Positions 24,904-34,879 are shown, counted from the first letter of the stretch. The stretch: DNA of 40,000 bases from Ligilactobacillus equi DSM 15833 = JCM 10991 (GCF_000615765.1 NZ_BAMI01000012.1:4009-44008), one strand, 5' to 3'. Numbers and translations: made by a program. Notes: generated by a model not told the origin, from the sequence alone.

Positions 24904-24981
24904 TTACTTAATTTTGTTACTTAATTTTGTTACTTAATTTTGTTACTTAATTTTGTTACTTAATTTTGTTACTTAATTTTG
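24904..24981 (+). repeat. six perfect tandem copies of the 13-bp unit TTACTTAATTTTG (iteron or centromere-like)
   Basis: Exact copies at 24904, 24917, 24930, 24943, 24956 and 24969. Confidence 0.95.
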
Positions 24982-25041
24982 GTGGATAATGCCTCGAACT
25001 GTACTACTGGAACACTTCTACTCTGTCACTCTGACTAACTT

Positions 25042-25124
25042 AGCAAACCCAAACATCCCGATCACCAAGCAAATAATCAATATGTTTGAGTGCTTAAATG
25101 GATGGGATGCTTGGCTTATTTGCT
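25042..25124. repeat. GCCAAGCAT-family hairpin element, copy 3 (left arm degenerate)
   Basis: Right arm GGGATGCTTGGCTTATTTGCT (25104-25124) is identical over 21 nt to 28916-28936. The imperfect inverted copy AGCAAACCCAAACATCCC lies at 25042-25059. The element abuts the stop codon of the PTS gene. Confidence 0.55.
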
Positions 25125-26843
25125 ATTTTTGTGCATGAGGAATGGAAAAACCGTCAGTCATTCCAGTTGTTGATTCTTGTTCACGTTTTAAATACGCGTT
25201 GTAAACTTTTTCGCTGTCAGTAGCTAATCCCTGTTCTTTAGCCATTTCAGCTAAGAATTGTAATGCTTCATTTCTTGAATTAACTTTTACTCCTACTTTG
25301 ATATTTTGTTCTTCTAAAATATCAGCTGGGTTGAGCTTATTTGAAACGATATTTTCTTTTGCGTTACTTGTTTCTTTGTCATCCTCTTCAATAACTTCCC
25401 CTGTAAAGATGTCAACTCTTGGGCCATTTGCTCGAGCTTTTTTTACATCTGAGCCTGCGATTAAGGCAAGAAGTATCCCAGATGCTATTGCACCAATTAA
25501 AATGTAGATAACCCACATTAATGGGTGGTTAACTAACGGTAAGATAATAAAGCCACCATGAGGAGCTGGAACTTGAACTTTACCTACGTAAGATAGAGCT
25601 GCGGCGATTGCTGAACCTACCATAAATGCCGGAATATTCTTAATAGGATTCTTAGCTGCGAATGGAATAGCACCTTCAGTAATATGCGTTGATCCTAATA
25701 AAGCATTGACATAACCTGCTGAACGTTCAGACTTTGAGTATGCTTTTGGCTTGAGTAAAACTGCAACTGTTGTTGCCAAAGGAGGTGCAATACATGCTGC
25801 TGAAACCCCTGCCATAAAGTAGTAATTACCTTGTGCTAATAATGCTGTACCTGTTAAATAAGCTGCTTTATTGACTGGGCCACCAAAGTCAAAGGCACAC
25901 ATAGCGCCAACAATAATACCTAATAAGATAGGGCTTACATTTTGAACTGTTTTTAGCCAGTCCATTAAGCCTGTATTTAAAGCTGCCATTGGTGTATTAA
26001 TTAATGTCATCACCACTCCAGATAGTAATACAGAAAATACTGGAGTTAAGAAAATTGACTTCAAGCCCCTAAATTGCTTGTCAGGCAACCAAGTAAAGCA
26101 CATTTCTACAAGCTTTACGATGTAGGCTGCGATAAAACCACCAACTAATGCTCCTAAAAAGCCCGTACCGCCATTAAGTGCAATCATACCTGTAACTAGA
26201 CCCGCAACTAATCCGGCACGCTTAGATAACGATTCAGCAATAAATGCTGCGAATACAGGAGCCATTAAATTAATGGAAACACCACCGATTGATTTCAAGG
26301 TAGCTGCGATAAGGTTGTATTGGGCACTTTTTGGGTCATACGAGTAAATTCCCCAGAAAAATGAAATTGCTGTTAAAACACCACCTGCTACAACAAAAGG
26401 TAGCATGTGTGATACACCGTTATATGTGATACACCGTTCATCAAAGCTGTATACCATTGTTGACCAATGCTATCAGAGCTTTGATTTTTTGTGATGTTAG
26501 AGTTAGACTTTCCAACTAATTCTGGTTTCCAAATAGGTGCTGTAAAGGACTTATTAATTAGTCCTTCTGCATCTTTGATTGCTTTTGCAACTGGAACCTT
26601 AATTACATGTTTTCCTGCAAAACGATCTGGGTCTACGTCAATATCTGATGCAATAACAACTGCTTTTGCTTCCTTAATTTCTTCTTCTGTTAGAACGTGT
26701 TCAGTACCTGATTGACCGTGTGTTTCAATCTTTATTGTGTACCCTAATTTTTTTGCTGCTTCTTCTAGAGCTTCTTGTGCCATAAATGTGTGTGCTATAC
26801 CGGTAGCACAACCTGTTGCTCCAATAATGTCGTATTTTTGCAT
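25123..26843 (-). pseudogene. fruA: fructose-family PTS EIIB-EIIC-(EIIA) gene, frameshifted and 3'-truncated
   Basis: EIIB motif GATGCATGIAHTFMAQEAL. EIIC is a multi-TM region (LPFVVAGGVLTAISF...). A 17-bp tandem duplication (26405-26421 / 26422-26438) splits EIIB from EIIC; removing one copy restores ...ALMNGVSHMLPFVVAGG. The EIIA domain stops 3 residues after its active-site His (...GFSIPHAQK*). Confidence 0.8.
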
Positions 26844-26895
26844 ATTAATCGCCCTTTCTTTTAAAATGATTATTGCCAATAATCTTGTCTTCTGA

Positions 26896-27834
26896 TTACT
26901 TTGAGTAACAAGTGATTTTTACCTGTTTTTCAAGTTCTGAAACTGTTTTAAAATCAGTTAATCCTGTTGATTGAGCTGTATCGGAACCAGCCGCAATAGA
27001 ACGTTTAAAGGCTTCAAGTGTTGGCACTTTATTAATTATTTCCCCCATAAAAGTTCCTAACATTGTATCACCTGATCCCGCTGAATTTTGTAATTTGATT
27101 TTTGGAGCATTGCTTACATATACGTTGGTATTAGTGATTAAACAAGCACCTTTATCACCTAATGATAACAATACATTTCTTGCTCCTCTTTCTATCAAAT
27201 TTTGCCCATACTCGATAAGTATATCTAGATTCATATCATCCCTGTTTTTATCGTCGAACCATTCTAATAGTTCTTCTTCATTTGGCTTTATTAAGTAAGG
27301 ATTGTATTTCAGAATATCTAACACTTCTTTATAGGAGCTATCGATTACTAACCCACAATTAACTTCCCTACTTATTTTTGCTATATCTTCTAAATAACTA
27401 GGAGATATACCTTTTGAAAATGAACCTGAAACAATAATCCAATCATCACAAGTAACATGTTTTTTTAAATATGTTAGCAATTTTTCTTGTAAGTTTTTAG
27501 GGATAGTTGGCCCAGGGTTAACCTCTTTAAATTCTTCCCCTGTTGAAACGACTTTCGTGAATACGTTGATTCTTGTTGGTTGTTCTACACGCCAGAATTT
27601 GTTAGTAATTCCTTTTGATTTTAAACTGTCTGAAATAAAATCTAGTGTGAATCCACCGCCAATGCCTAAAGCAATATTATCAACATTTAGTTTTTTTAAA
27701 ATAATAGAAACATTTACTCCTTTTCCATTGGGTTGAATATCGCAAAAATTAGTTCTATTTACCACTCCATTCCTCAAAGTCTCTGTTTCGATTGCCAAAT
27801 CTATCGCAGGGTTAAGCGTTATGGTGTAAATCAT
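26896..27834 (-). CDS. fruK: 1-phosphofructokinase-like sugar kinase (PfkB family)
   Basis: 313 aa from the ATG at 27834 after an AAGGAGG RBS. The track ORF is extended upstream by 84 spurious codons. N-terminal MIYTITLNPAIDL and GKGVNVS, C-terminal NSAGSGDTMLG, which are PfkB/FruK signatures. Confidence 0.8.
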   Translation of the reverse strand: MIYTITLNPAIDLAIETETLRNGVVNRTNFCDIQPNGKGVNVSIILKKLNVDNIALGIGGGFTLDFISDSLKSKGITNKFWRVEQPTRINVFTKVVSTGEEFKEVNPGPTIPKNLQEKLLTYLKKHVTCDDWIIVSGSFSKGISPSYLEDIAKISREVNCGLVIDSSYKEVLDILKYNPYLIKPNEEELLEWFDDKNRDDMNLDILIEYGQNLIERGARNVLLSLGDKGACLITNTNVYVSNAPKIKLQNSAGSGDTMLGTFMGEIINKVPTLEAFKRSIAAGSDTAQSTGLTDFKTVSELEKQVKITCYSK

Positions 27835-27991
27835 GAGGACCCCTCCTTTTCTTCGTTTTAAATACAAACAAAACCAATCGTTTTTATTTACGCTTTTATT
27901 ATAATGAATTATAATAGATTTAGGTTTTCTAAATGCTAATAAAATTCGAAAAATATTTTCTGAATTTCCATTCAAAAATCGGGGTCTTATC

Positions 27992-28754
27992 ATGGGAAAA
28001 ATCAAAAATAAATTAACAGAAACAGAGAAATATCTTTGGCACTTAATTAGTGATAATCCGACAGAAATAATTAAAATGTCTATCACTCAACTTAGTGAGT
28101 ATAGTAACGTTTCTCCGGCTACTATTGTGAGGACTTTAAAGAAAAAAGGCTATTCGGGATATACCTCTTATCGGGAAAAATTAAGAACAGAATGTAGCGA
28201 AAATTATCGTAATTTTAGGGTACTTGAGGAAGCGGATAAAAGTATTCAAAATGTGATTAGAAAAAAACGAAATTGAGCTTACGAATACTCTTAAAAATTT
28301 GAATTATGCTGATATTGAAGATGGTATTAAATTGTTACAAAATGCAGATAGAGCTTATATTTTCTCTAGAGGTATGTCTGAACTTACAGCAAGAAGTCTA
28401 ACAACAAAACTACAATTGGCAGGTAAATATACCGAATCATATTCAGATCCTAATATCATAACTGAGTTATCGAAGAATATTACTTTAGATGCAGTTGTTA
28501 TATTTATTTCTCTTAACGGTGAAACAAGTGAGTTAGTCGAAGCTTCTTGTATTTTGGAAGAAAAAAACATCCCCACTATTATATTTACTACTAATGAAAA
28601 TTCTTTACTTATACCCGCAAGTACAGTTAGTTTTATTGGCTATCAGTCGATAGATGACTTCTTTAGCAATTACGAAGTTAAGTCAAGACTACCTTTGGAT
28701 ATTATGACCAGAATATTTGCTGATTCTTATCTCGTTAGAAATAACAATCATTAA
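27992..28754 (+). pseudogene. RpiR-family regulator (HTH_6 + SIS domains) split by a frameshift
   Basis: The N-terminal HTH (ITQLSEYSNVSPATIVRTLKKKGYSGY) ends at the stop at 28274-28276. The SIS domain continues in another frame (ORF 28299-28754). The frames meet at an A7 run (28261-28267). Deleting one A gives ...QNVIRKNEIELTNTLKNLNYADIEDG... Confidence 0.75.
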
Positions 28755-28891
28755 GAAAAATTATGTTACAATCAGTAATTTTAAATTAAAGATAACTATG
28801 GATATCTGAATTCAAGCTATGGTTATTAATAAGAAAAAGTCTTGCAATAATCATAATAATTGTAATTATTGCAATCTGCCAAACATATAAA

Positions 28892-28936
28892 AAGCCAAGC
28901 ATATACTTAAAATTAGGGATGCTTGGCTTATTTGCT
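28892..28936. repeat. GCCAAGCAT-stem hairpin element, copy 4 (bidirectional terminator-like)
   Basis: AAGCCAAGCAT (28892-28902) pairs with ATGCTTGGCTT (28919-28929). The 21-mer at 28916-28936 is identical to 25104-25124. Confidence 0.6.
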
Positions 28937-29172
28937 TATAATTTATTTTTCTTTAATTCTCGTATCTGCTTATCAAACTTTAGATGATGTTTCATTGTAC
29001 TATTTATTCAAAAATTGTGCCAAAAAGGTGCAAAATGGCACGATTTTAGGGCTATATAATAAATATACGTTAAAAATTACTAAACGCAGCGACTTGTAAA
29101 GAACCTAAAAAAGTCATGGTTGCAAGCGCAACCATGACCAGATGGATAGTTTAAGACGGTAATAAAATTGGT

Positions 29173-30162
29173 TCAACTTAATTGTGGCAATGGGTCTCTT
29201 CTTTGCCATTCTTGGGGAAAACCAAGTTCACTTAGAATTTTATCAAGTGATACTGAGTGTACTTTATTTTCTAAATTGCGAAAGCGTTTTCTCACAGTGT
29301 TATTTAATATTGCAAATTCATTATTACTAATAAAACATTCTAAAATAATCATTGCACAATAAACAGTTCTTCTTGTTTTATCATCATCCCTTATAATCGA
29401 ATCATGAATATCATGTAAATAAGGATAATAAATAGCAGTTTTTATACTATTAAAATTGAGTAGTACGTCGTCGTGTGCACATGCATTTCGAAGATCTTTT
29501 AATACTTCAATAAACGAAATCATTATATTGGGCGAAAATTGCCCATGTTCAGAATCTTTGTTCTCTCTTTTTATAAAGTTATAGCAATCATGAGCTATTT
29601 TGTTTTGTAAATCTGTTGGCAATACCTTAATTAACGTTAGTATGTCGCCAAATTCTAAAAATTCAACCATTACCCACAATGGTACAAAATTATATTTTTC
29701 TCGGTAGTGATTTATTGCGTTATTCTTATACCTTGATTTATTTGTTATGGTTCTTGAAATTTTTGTTATGATGTAAGATATATCTAAACTTTTTTCATGA
29801 TTAAACGAACTGACATCAAGGTATGCTTCTTTTTTCCCTTGATAATATTCCTCAAAGCGATAGGCTAAAATGGATTTCAAATGATGTTCAGCAAGTAGCA
29901 AAGAGTCCAAGAGTGTTTTTCGCAGTTCTCTGTTAAAAAAATATAAACTAATAATTTCGTCAAATGTTGCTCCACTAATGTATTTATCACTATCGGAATC
30001 CATAAAAATTTTACTATATCCATTTATAATACTGTAATAATTATTCGTTAGCAGATAAGCTTGTGCTTTGGCTTTATCTGAAAATTTTAACCCTCGAGAT
30101 TCTAATAATTTAATTTGTTCTTCTACACTTTTAAATACTTTATTCAAAAAAAATACCTCCAT
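29173..30162 (-). CDS. AbiD/AbiF-type abortive infection protein (Abi_2 family, HEPN RNase motif)
   Basis: 329 aa. N-terminal KSVEEQIKLLESRGLKFSDKAKAQAYLLTNNYYSIINGY matches the Abi_2 N-terminal signature. HEPN R-x4-H motif in KDLRNACAHDDVLL. GAGG RBS. Confidence 0.8.
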   Translation of the reverse strand: MEVFFLNKVFKSVEEQIKLLESRGLKFSDKAKAQAYLLTNNYYSIINGYSKIFMDSDSDKYISGATFDEIISLYFFNRELRKTLLDSLLLAEHHLKSILAYRFEEYYQGKKEAYLDVSSFNHEKSLDISYIITKISRTITNKSRYKNNAINHYREKYNFVPLWVMVEFLEFGDILTLIKVLPTDLQNKIAHDCYNFIKRENKDSEHGQFSPNIMISFIEVLKDLRNACAHDDVLLNFNSIKTAIYYPYLHDIHDSIIRDDDKTRRTVYCAMIILECFISNNEFAILNNTVRKRFRNLENKVHSVSLDKILSELGFPQEWQRRDPLPQLS

Positions 30163-30242
30163 CCGTACCTCAAAGTGAAGCAGAATGAAAGTATTTTTCC
30201 GCGGCAGGCTCCGTAGAGTAACTACCCCTCCTATTTATTTTC

Positions 30243-30272
30243 ATTCTACTTAAAAAATATTTTTTTGTCAAC
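30243..30272 (-). promoter_or_regulatory. putative promoter of the abi gene
   Basis: Minus strand reads TTGACA (30272-30267), 18 nt, TAGAAT (30248-30243). The 9-bp inverted repeat AGAATGAAA / TTTCATTCT (30182-30190 / 30239-30247) brackets a GC-rich leader. Confidence 0.4.
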
Positions 30273-30569
30273 TATTTTTTACTTTTTTACTTTTATTAAT
30301 CTCTATCGTAATAATACTTGCTTTATAATACTATTGCAAGACGCTAAAGCTAGATGTTTATCTATTCTTTGTTTTTGTAAAATAAGTGTCGATATCTAAT
30401 TTGTGAATATCTATTTGTGATTTTTTCATGATTGGAATTCTAGGATCAACATATTCATTGCTATCAAATTTTCTATAAGTCATTCCATATAGATAACTAT
30501 TTACCAAATCATTATGAATTTTCTCTTCTTGAAGAGAATACCCTAATTCTCTGATTAATAATTTTATAA

Positions 30570-30974
30570 TTAATGTATTGATTTATATTCTGTTGTTTTT
30601 TTTTCAGCATATTCCTCTGCTTTTTTATATGCATCCTCTTCCCAATTACTTATATCATTTTGATAAAATAAGTCTATTGCTTCTCCTGGATATATATACC
30701 CCTCTTCTTCTTGTCTTTTTAACGAATTAAATATTTCGTCTTCATCTTTTTTTATCATCTCTTTTAACGTTTCTTTTTTACTTTTGTTATTGTTAATCTT
30801 TTCTTTGATAATACTAATTACTGTATCGTAATCATATTTTGATGGTCTTGATATTCCATTTGAAGGTTGAATATCTTTAAACCATTCTCTTAGTGTTCTA
30901 ACTTTTTTAGGATAATTAATTTCAGATAACCACTTTGAAATTTCTTCTAAAGTGTATTCTTTCTTTATTTCCAT
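30570..30974 (-). CDS. hypothetical protein
   Basis: 134-aa ORF, very AT-rich and lysine/glutamate-rich. No motif recognised. Confidence 0.4.
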   Translation of the reverse strand: MEIKKEYTLEEISKWLSEINYPKKVRTLREWFKDIQPSNGISRPSKYDYDTVISIIKEKINNNKSKKETLKEMIKKDEDEIFNSLKRQEEEGYIYPGEAIDLFYQNDISNWEEDAYKKAEEYAEKKTTEYKSIH

Positions 30975-31179
30975 TACTTTTCTCCCATTTTACATTTTTT
31001 ACTTTGCTAATTCATTTAATGATATATCATAAGTATAATTTCATTTTATACCAAAATAACACTAAATTCAAATGTATAGGGATCTAAATTTAAAATTGAC
31101 ACAGCAAAAAAATGTACTATAATTAATTACATAATATATTCAGTATCTTACATCTTTAAAAATAAAAGGAGTAGATAAA

Positions 31180-32019
31180 ATGGATAAATTAAAATCCATC
31201 TACAAACAATTAAAGAAATATCTTCAAAAAAATCTAGGTATCAATTATTTCGAAGTAGTTTTCTTATTCGAAATAATTAGTATAGCGCTGAATTGTATTG
31301 ATGGTAAAAATAAAAAATTAATATTTATATCTGAAGAACCTCCACTTTTTTTGAAAACATTCATATCTATTTTGGATAATTTTTTTGCTTTCAATATCAT
31401 TGTTATGATTGCAGTTATTTTACTATTTTTACTTCTCATTTTCTTCCTTATAAGTAGATATATACCTGGAACTGGTAAAAAAACATATACTGATGATGGG
31501 AAAATCATAGCATATAATCCTTTTGCTGCTATGAAGTGCATTAAAAAACTTACAGTGTTTATTTTTCAAAAATTATGGATTACTTATTTCAGTATTCTTT
31601 TTTTATACGGTGAAGTTTCGTTTTCATTTGCAAATATTATTCTCGTCTCATTAAATTCTCTTATTTTAATTATTAAAATCTTTTACAATGTTTTTCACTC
31701 TAAAACTTCAGTTTTATCAAATTTAGATTTTCCTAACGTTGAGGAGATTAGATTTAATTCTTTAATCTTAGATACTAAAAATGATCAACCTGAATATATG
31801 AAACAATATTTAGTGTTAGCTGTATCAGAGAAAAAATTAGGCCCAAAGTATTATTTAATTAGAGATATGAGTATTAGACATAAGGCTTACTATTATATTG
31901 TTAAATCTAAAATCAATGATAAAGACAAGGAAGAAAATACTATACTAGTATGGTCTGATAAATTTGAAGACATTAAATATGCTTTTGAAAATAACTTAAA
32001 AAATAATTCTTCTGTATAA
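31180..32019 (+). CDS. hypothetical membrane protein (N-terminal multi-TM region + C-terminal soluble domain)
   Basis: 279-aa ORF with an AAAGGAG RBS. Hydrophobic segments (FEVVFLFEIISIAL, NIIVMIAVILLFLLLIFFLI, ITYFSILFLYGEVSF, IILVSLNSLILIIKIF). Followed by the hairpin AAGAAATT..AATTTCTT (32049-32076). Confidence 0.45.
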   Translation: MDKLKSIYKQLKKYLQKNLGINYFEVVFLFEIISIALNCIDGKNKKLIFISEEPPLFLKTFISILDNFFAFNIIVMIAVILLFLLLIFFLISRYIPGTGKKTYTDDGKIIAYNPFAAMKCIKKLTVFIFQKLWITYFSILFLYGEVSFSFANIILVSLNSLILIIKIFYNVFHSKTSVLSNLDFPNVEEIRFNSLILDTKNDQPEYMKQYLVLAVSEKKLGPKYYLIRDMSIRHKAYYYIVKSKINDKDKEENTILVWSDKFEDIKYAFENNLKNNSSV

Positions 32020-32086
32020 TGGAAAAAGTATAAACATTGAAAGCCTTAAGAAATTGTTAAAAGTAGTAATTTCTTGAGGTTTTTTC

Positions 32087-32706
32087 TTATTGACTTATTG
32101 ATTTAAAACTTATTTTTGTTGTCACATCATTTAGGGAATACGTGACAGTTGGTCTAGCAGGTATATTATCAATTCTTACAGAATAATCACCATAATCCCA
32201 AATTGGAGTTTGAGTAGCTCCAATAGTAGGTTCACCACTTCTCCATCTATCAGCTGTTTTTAAAAGGACAAAGTTACCTTCTGAATTTCTTTTAACTGTA
32301 TACGGACTGTTTAGCGCATTACTATTTATTAAATTTGAATACGTACTATCCCTGTATCTTTAACTGTTACAAATAAATAATCTGATGGATTTGATTGAAT
32401 AATATCATCCGTTAATTTTTTTGAGCCTTCATTATTTTGCAATTCAATTATATCTCTATGATTACTATCTTCACCATAAATATAAGTTTGCGTGTAAACG
32501 TTAGGAAGAGGTGCATCAGGTTTCATATAAACGACGGTATCATGAAAACCGTATTCAAAATTTGGGTCTTGGTATTCTGGAGGAAGGTTATTACACGATA
32601 ATTCCATCTTTTTTACAGTAACTGTGTCGTTAGACACATTATAATGCCAATAAATTTTTGTATTAACAGTAGTATTTAAATATCCACCATTTGTGAAACG
32701 GCGTCA
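32087..32706 (-). pseudogene. remnant of a secreted/surface protein gene (no start, frameshifted)
   Basis: The track ORF 32329-32637 is open further upstream to ~32706 without a start codon. Downstream, another frame continues (NSNALNSPYTVKRNSEGNFVLLKTADRWRSGEPTIGATQTPIWDYGDYSVRIDNIPARPTVTYSLNDVTTKISFKSISQ*) to 32087. Confidence 0.3.
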
Positions 32707-33047
32707 TTAAAATTGTTAGAAGGATATGCTTTTGGTTTTTACCTTTTTAAGAAATCGGCGCTTGGGATGGTATATGGTATAGTTAGTAATAAGGAAGAAT
32801 AGTAGCAAGAATGCTTTTGCAGCTACATTTTAAGCTTTTTAACAACTATTTTTTTCAGAATGGATTTTAAAATGAAATATAAATTTTGTTTTGTTTTTTA
32901 AATTCAATTCCTACTGTTAATTAACGTACAACAACATTGTTAAAAATTTATATATATTTACATTGACATATTGCTATTTAATTGAGATTATTGTATTGAT
33001 AAGTTTTTATAACAAAAAGCATACTATTACTATTGTGAGGTGATTTT

Positions 33048-33899
33048 TTGGACTACCCTTATCAAAACCAGTATCTTCAATACATGAATACTATTCAAGA
33101 AAAAAATAAAATAACGATCAAAAATAATGATTATCATCTAAAATCATTCTTCTATTACGAATCATTGTATAATCGTTCTTTTATTGAATCAGGTTATCAC
33201 GTAGATTCAATTGTTGAAAGTGATATAAGAGAGTTCCTAGTATATATAGGTGATTTACGTAATTTAACAATTGGATCAACTAATCAGTACTTATATTCTA
33301 TCGCGGGATATTATAAATATTTATTTAGAACCGAAAAAACCAAGGTTCTTCCTACTTTGGATGTAATTGGACTTCCAACAGTTGGATCGTATAAAGTTAC
33401 GATTTATGATGTTGGATGGATCGATAGTTTGCAAGATTTATTAGAAAATGAACGTATTGACTACTATACCCGTTTTTTCCTATTGTTTACTGCAAGGTTC
33501 TATAAACTAAAAGAAATTCTAGCAGAAGATTTTTATAAAATTGCTAACAAAGAGATGAAAAATGCTCCTGAATATCAGCAAATATTTTTTTACAAATTTA
33601 GGAACAGAATACGTCCCCTTCAACAAAAATATAAAACGAAGGCATTATTAATTCAGCGTAGATCTCAAAGCAAAGATAATTACTTGATTTCGACAAACCA
33701 ACAATTATCAAGATACTTGCAGCGTGATAAAAAATGGTTTCCTTTTATTACAAAAACACGGGAATTATATCGTACAAATATTATTTATTATTTGGAAACT
33801 CATCCTGATATTAGTGAAGCTGTTCTTAAAGAAACTTTGCACATGAACCAACAAACTCTTGATTGGTATCGTAGGTTAGCTAAAAGATACTTTAAATGA
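33048..33899 (+). CDS. tyrosine-recombinase-like protein with degenerate catalytic region
   Basis: 283 aa, TTG start after GAGGTGA. The N-terminal SAM-like core-binding pattern (SIVESDIREFLVYIGDLRNLTIGSTNQYLYSIAGYYKYLF) resembles Xer/integrase N-domains. The C-terminal half retains only weak R ... R ... Y spacing. Confidence 0.4.
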   Translation: MDYPYQNQYLQYMNTIQEKNKITIKNNDYHLKSFFYYESLYNRSFIESGYHVDSIVESDIREFLVYIGDLRNLTIGSTNQYLYSIAGYYKYLFRTEKTKVLPTLDVIGLPTVGSYKVTIYDVGWIDSLQDLLENERIDYYTRFFLLFTARFYKLKEILAEDFYKIANKEMKNAPEYQQIFFYKFRNRIRPLQQKYKTKALLIQRRSQSKDNYLISTNQQLSRYLQRDKKWFPFITKTRELYRTNIIYYLETHPDISEAVLKETLHMNQQTLDWYRRLAKRYFK

Positions 33900-34184
33900 T
33901 GTTAATCCCTTTATTTGCGGGTTTTTTTGTATTATTGGTTTTGTTTGCTACGTTTTAGTAAACCAATATAAACACATAAAAATATACAAAAATTTACAAA
34001 TAAAAACAGTAATTTATTAAGAAATAAAAAAGTAAAAATACTTCCAAAAAAAAACGAAAATAAAAATCATTGTGTTTTTTACGTTGTTACGTTATAATGT
34101 AATTAAGGCTAAGGGATAAATACCTGCCAAAAATATCGTAATTTAAATACTAGTAGAAAATTTATTTTAGAAAACGAAAGGAAG

Positions 34185-34550
34185 TTGAACTCAATAATGA
34201 CTGAAAAAAATGACATATTAGACCAAAAAGCTATTGAAGAAAAAGTAGCTAAAAAAACATCAAATAAGGTTTTCAGAGATGGATTTGATGACATTCAAAA
34301 GAAAGCTCTTAAAATCGACAAAAAAAGAAAGGATATGTTGAAAAAAAGGTATGAATTTATCGGTAAAACGGTAGCTAAAGAATTAGGCTATAATACCAGT
34401 GGTATTAATTCACCTAACTTTGATATTTTACTAGCCGCTGTTATCATGGGAGCTGAAGCATATAAAGAAAAATATCCCAATAATGTTAAGGAAGATATCA
34501 ATAAAAAACGCCGAGAAGCATATTTGATTATAAATGACGACGAGAAATAA
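34185..34550 (+). CDS. hypothetical lysine-rich protein
   Basis: 121-aa ORF. No motif recognised. Confidence 0.35.
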   Translation: MNSIMTEKNDILDQKAIEEKVAKKTSNKVFRDGFDDIQKKALKIDKKRKDMLKKRYEFIGKTVAKELGYNTSGINSPNFDILLAAVIMGAEAYKEKYPNNVKEDINKKRREAYLIINDDEK

Positions 34551-34832
34551 TTTCTCTAAGCAAAAAGTACTAGGACCATGTATAATGATTGGTTTCTAGT
34601 ACTTTTATTTTGGTTTAAGTTAGTAATTTACTAAAGTTGAACTGTTTAATTTTACTTTGTTTATCTTCATTTTTTACATCTCTTTGGTCTTTTGCCAATC
34701 GATTAGCGTTATATTTCGCAAACATAATTCTGTGCTATTGGGTATATTAGACACTGCTCTTTGCTTTACTGGTGGGAACATAAGAATTATGCTGAGCACT
34801 AACTTTACCATCAAAGCCTTTATGAATAAGAT

Positions 34833-34870
34833 AAAAAGGCGAGGTCTATTTCATGACCTCACCTTTTATT
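34833..34870. terminator. terminator downstream of the LPXTG gene
   Basis: Stem AAAGGCGAGGTC / GACCTCACCTTT (34835-34846 / 34855-34866, one mismatch), flanked by an A-run and a T-run. Confidence 0.65.
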
Positions 34871-34879
34871 TTTGGTATA

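Noticed and set aside
26388-28086. N-terminal extensions of track ORFs 26388-26879(-) and 26896-28086(-)
   Set aside because: Strong RBS-ATG pairs at 26843 (MQKYDIIG) and 27834 (MIYTITLNP) match the family N-termini. The upstream 12 and 84 codons are read-through of intergenic or divergent-promoter sequence.
30350-30569. Open frame continuing after the 30570-30974 gene (..IKLLISELGYSLQEEKIHNDLVNSYLYGMTYRKFDSNEYVDPRIPIMKKSQIDIHKLDIDTYFTKTKNR*)
   Set aside because: There is no usable start codon or RBS at its 5' end. It may be a frameshifted tail of the upstream gene, but I cannot support a call.
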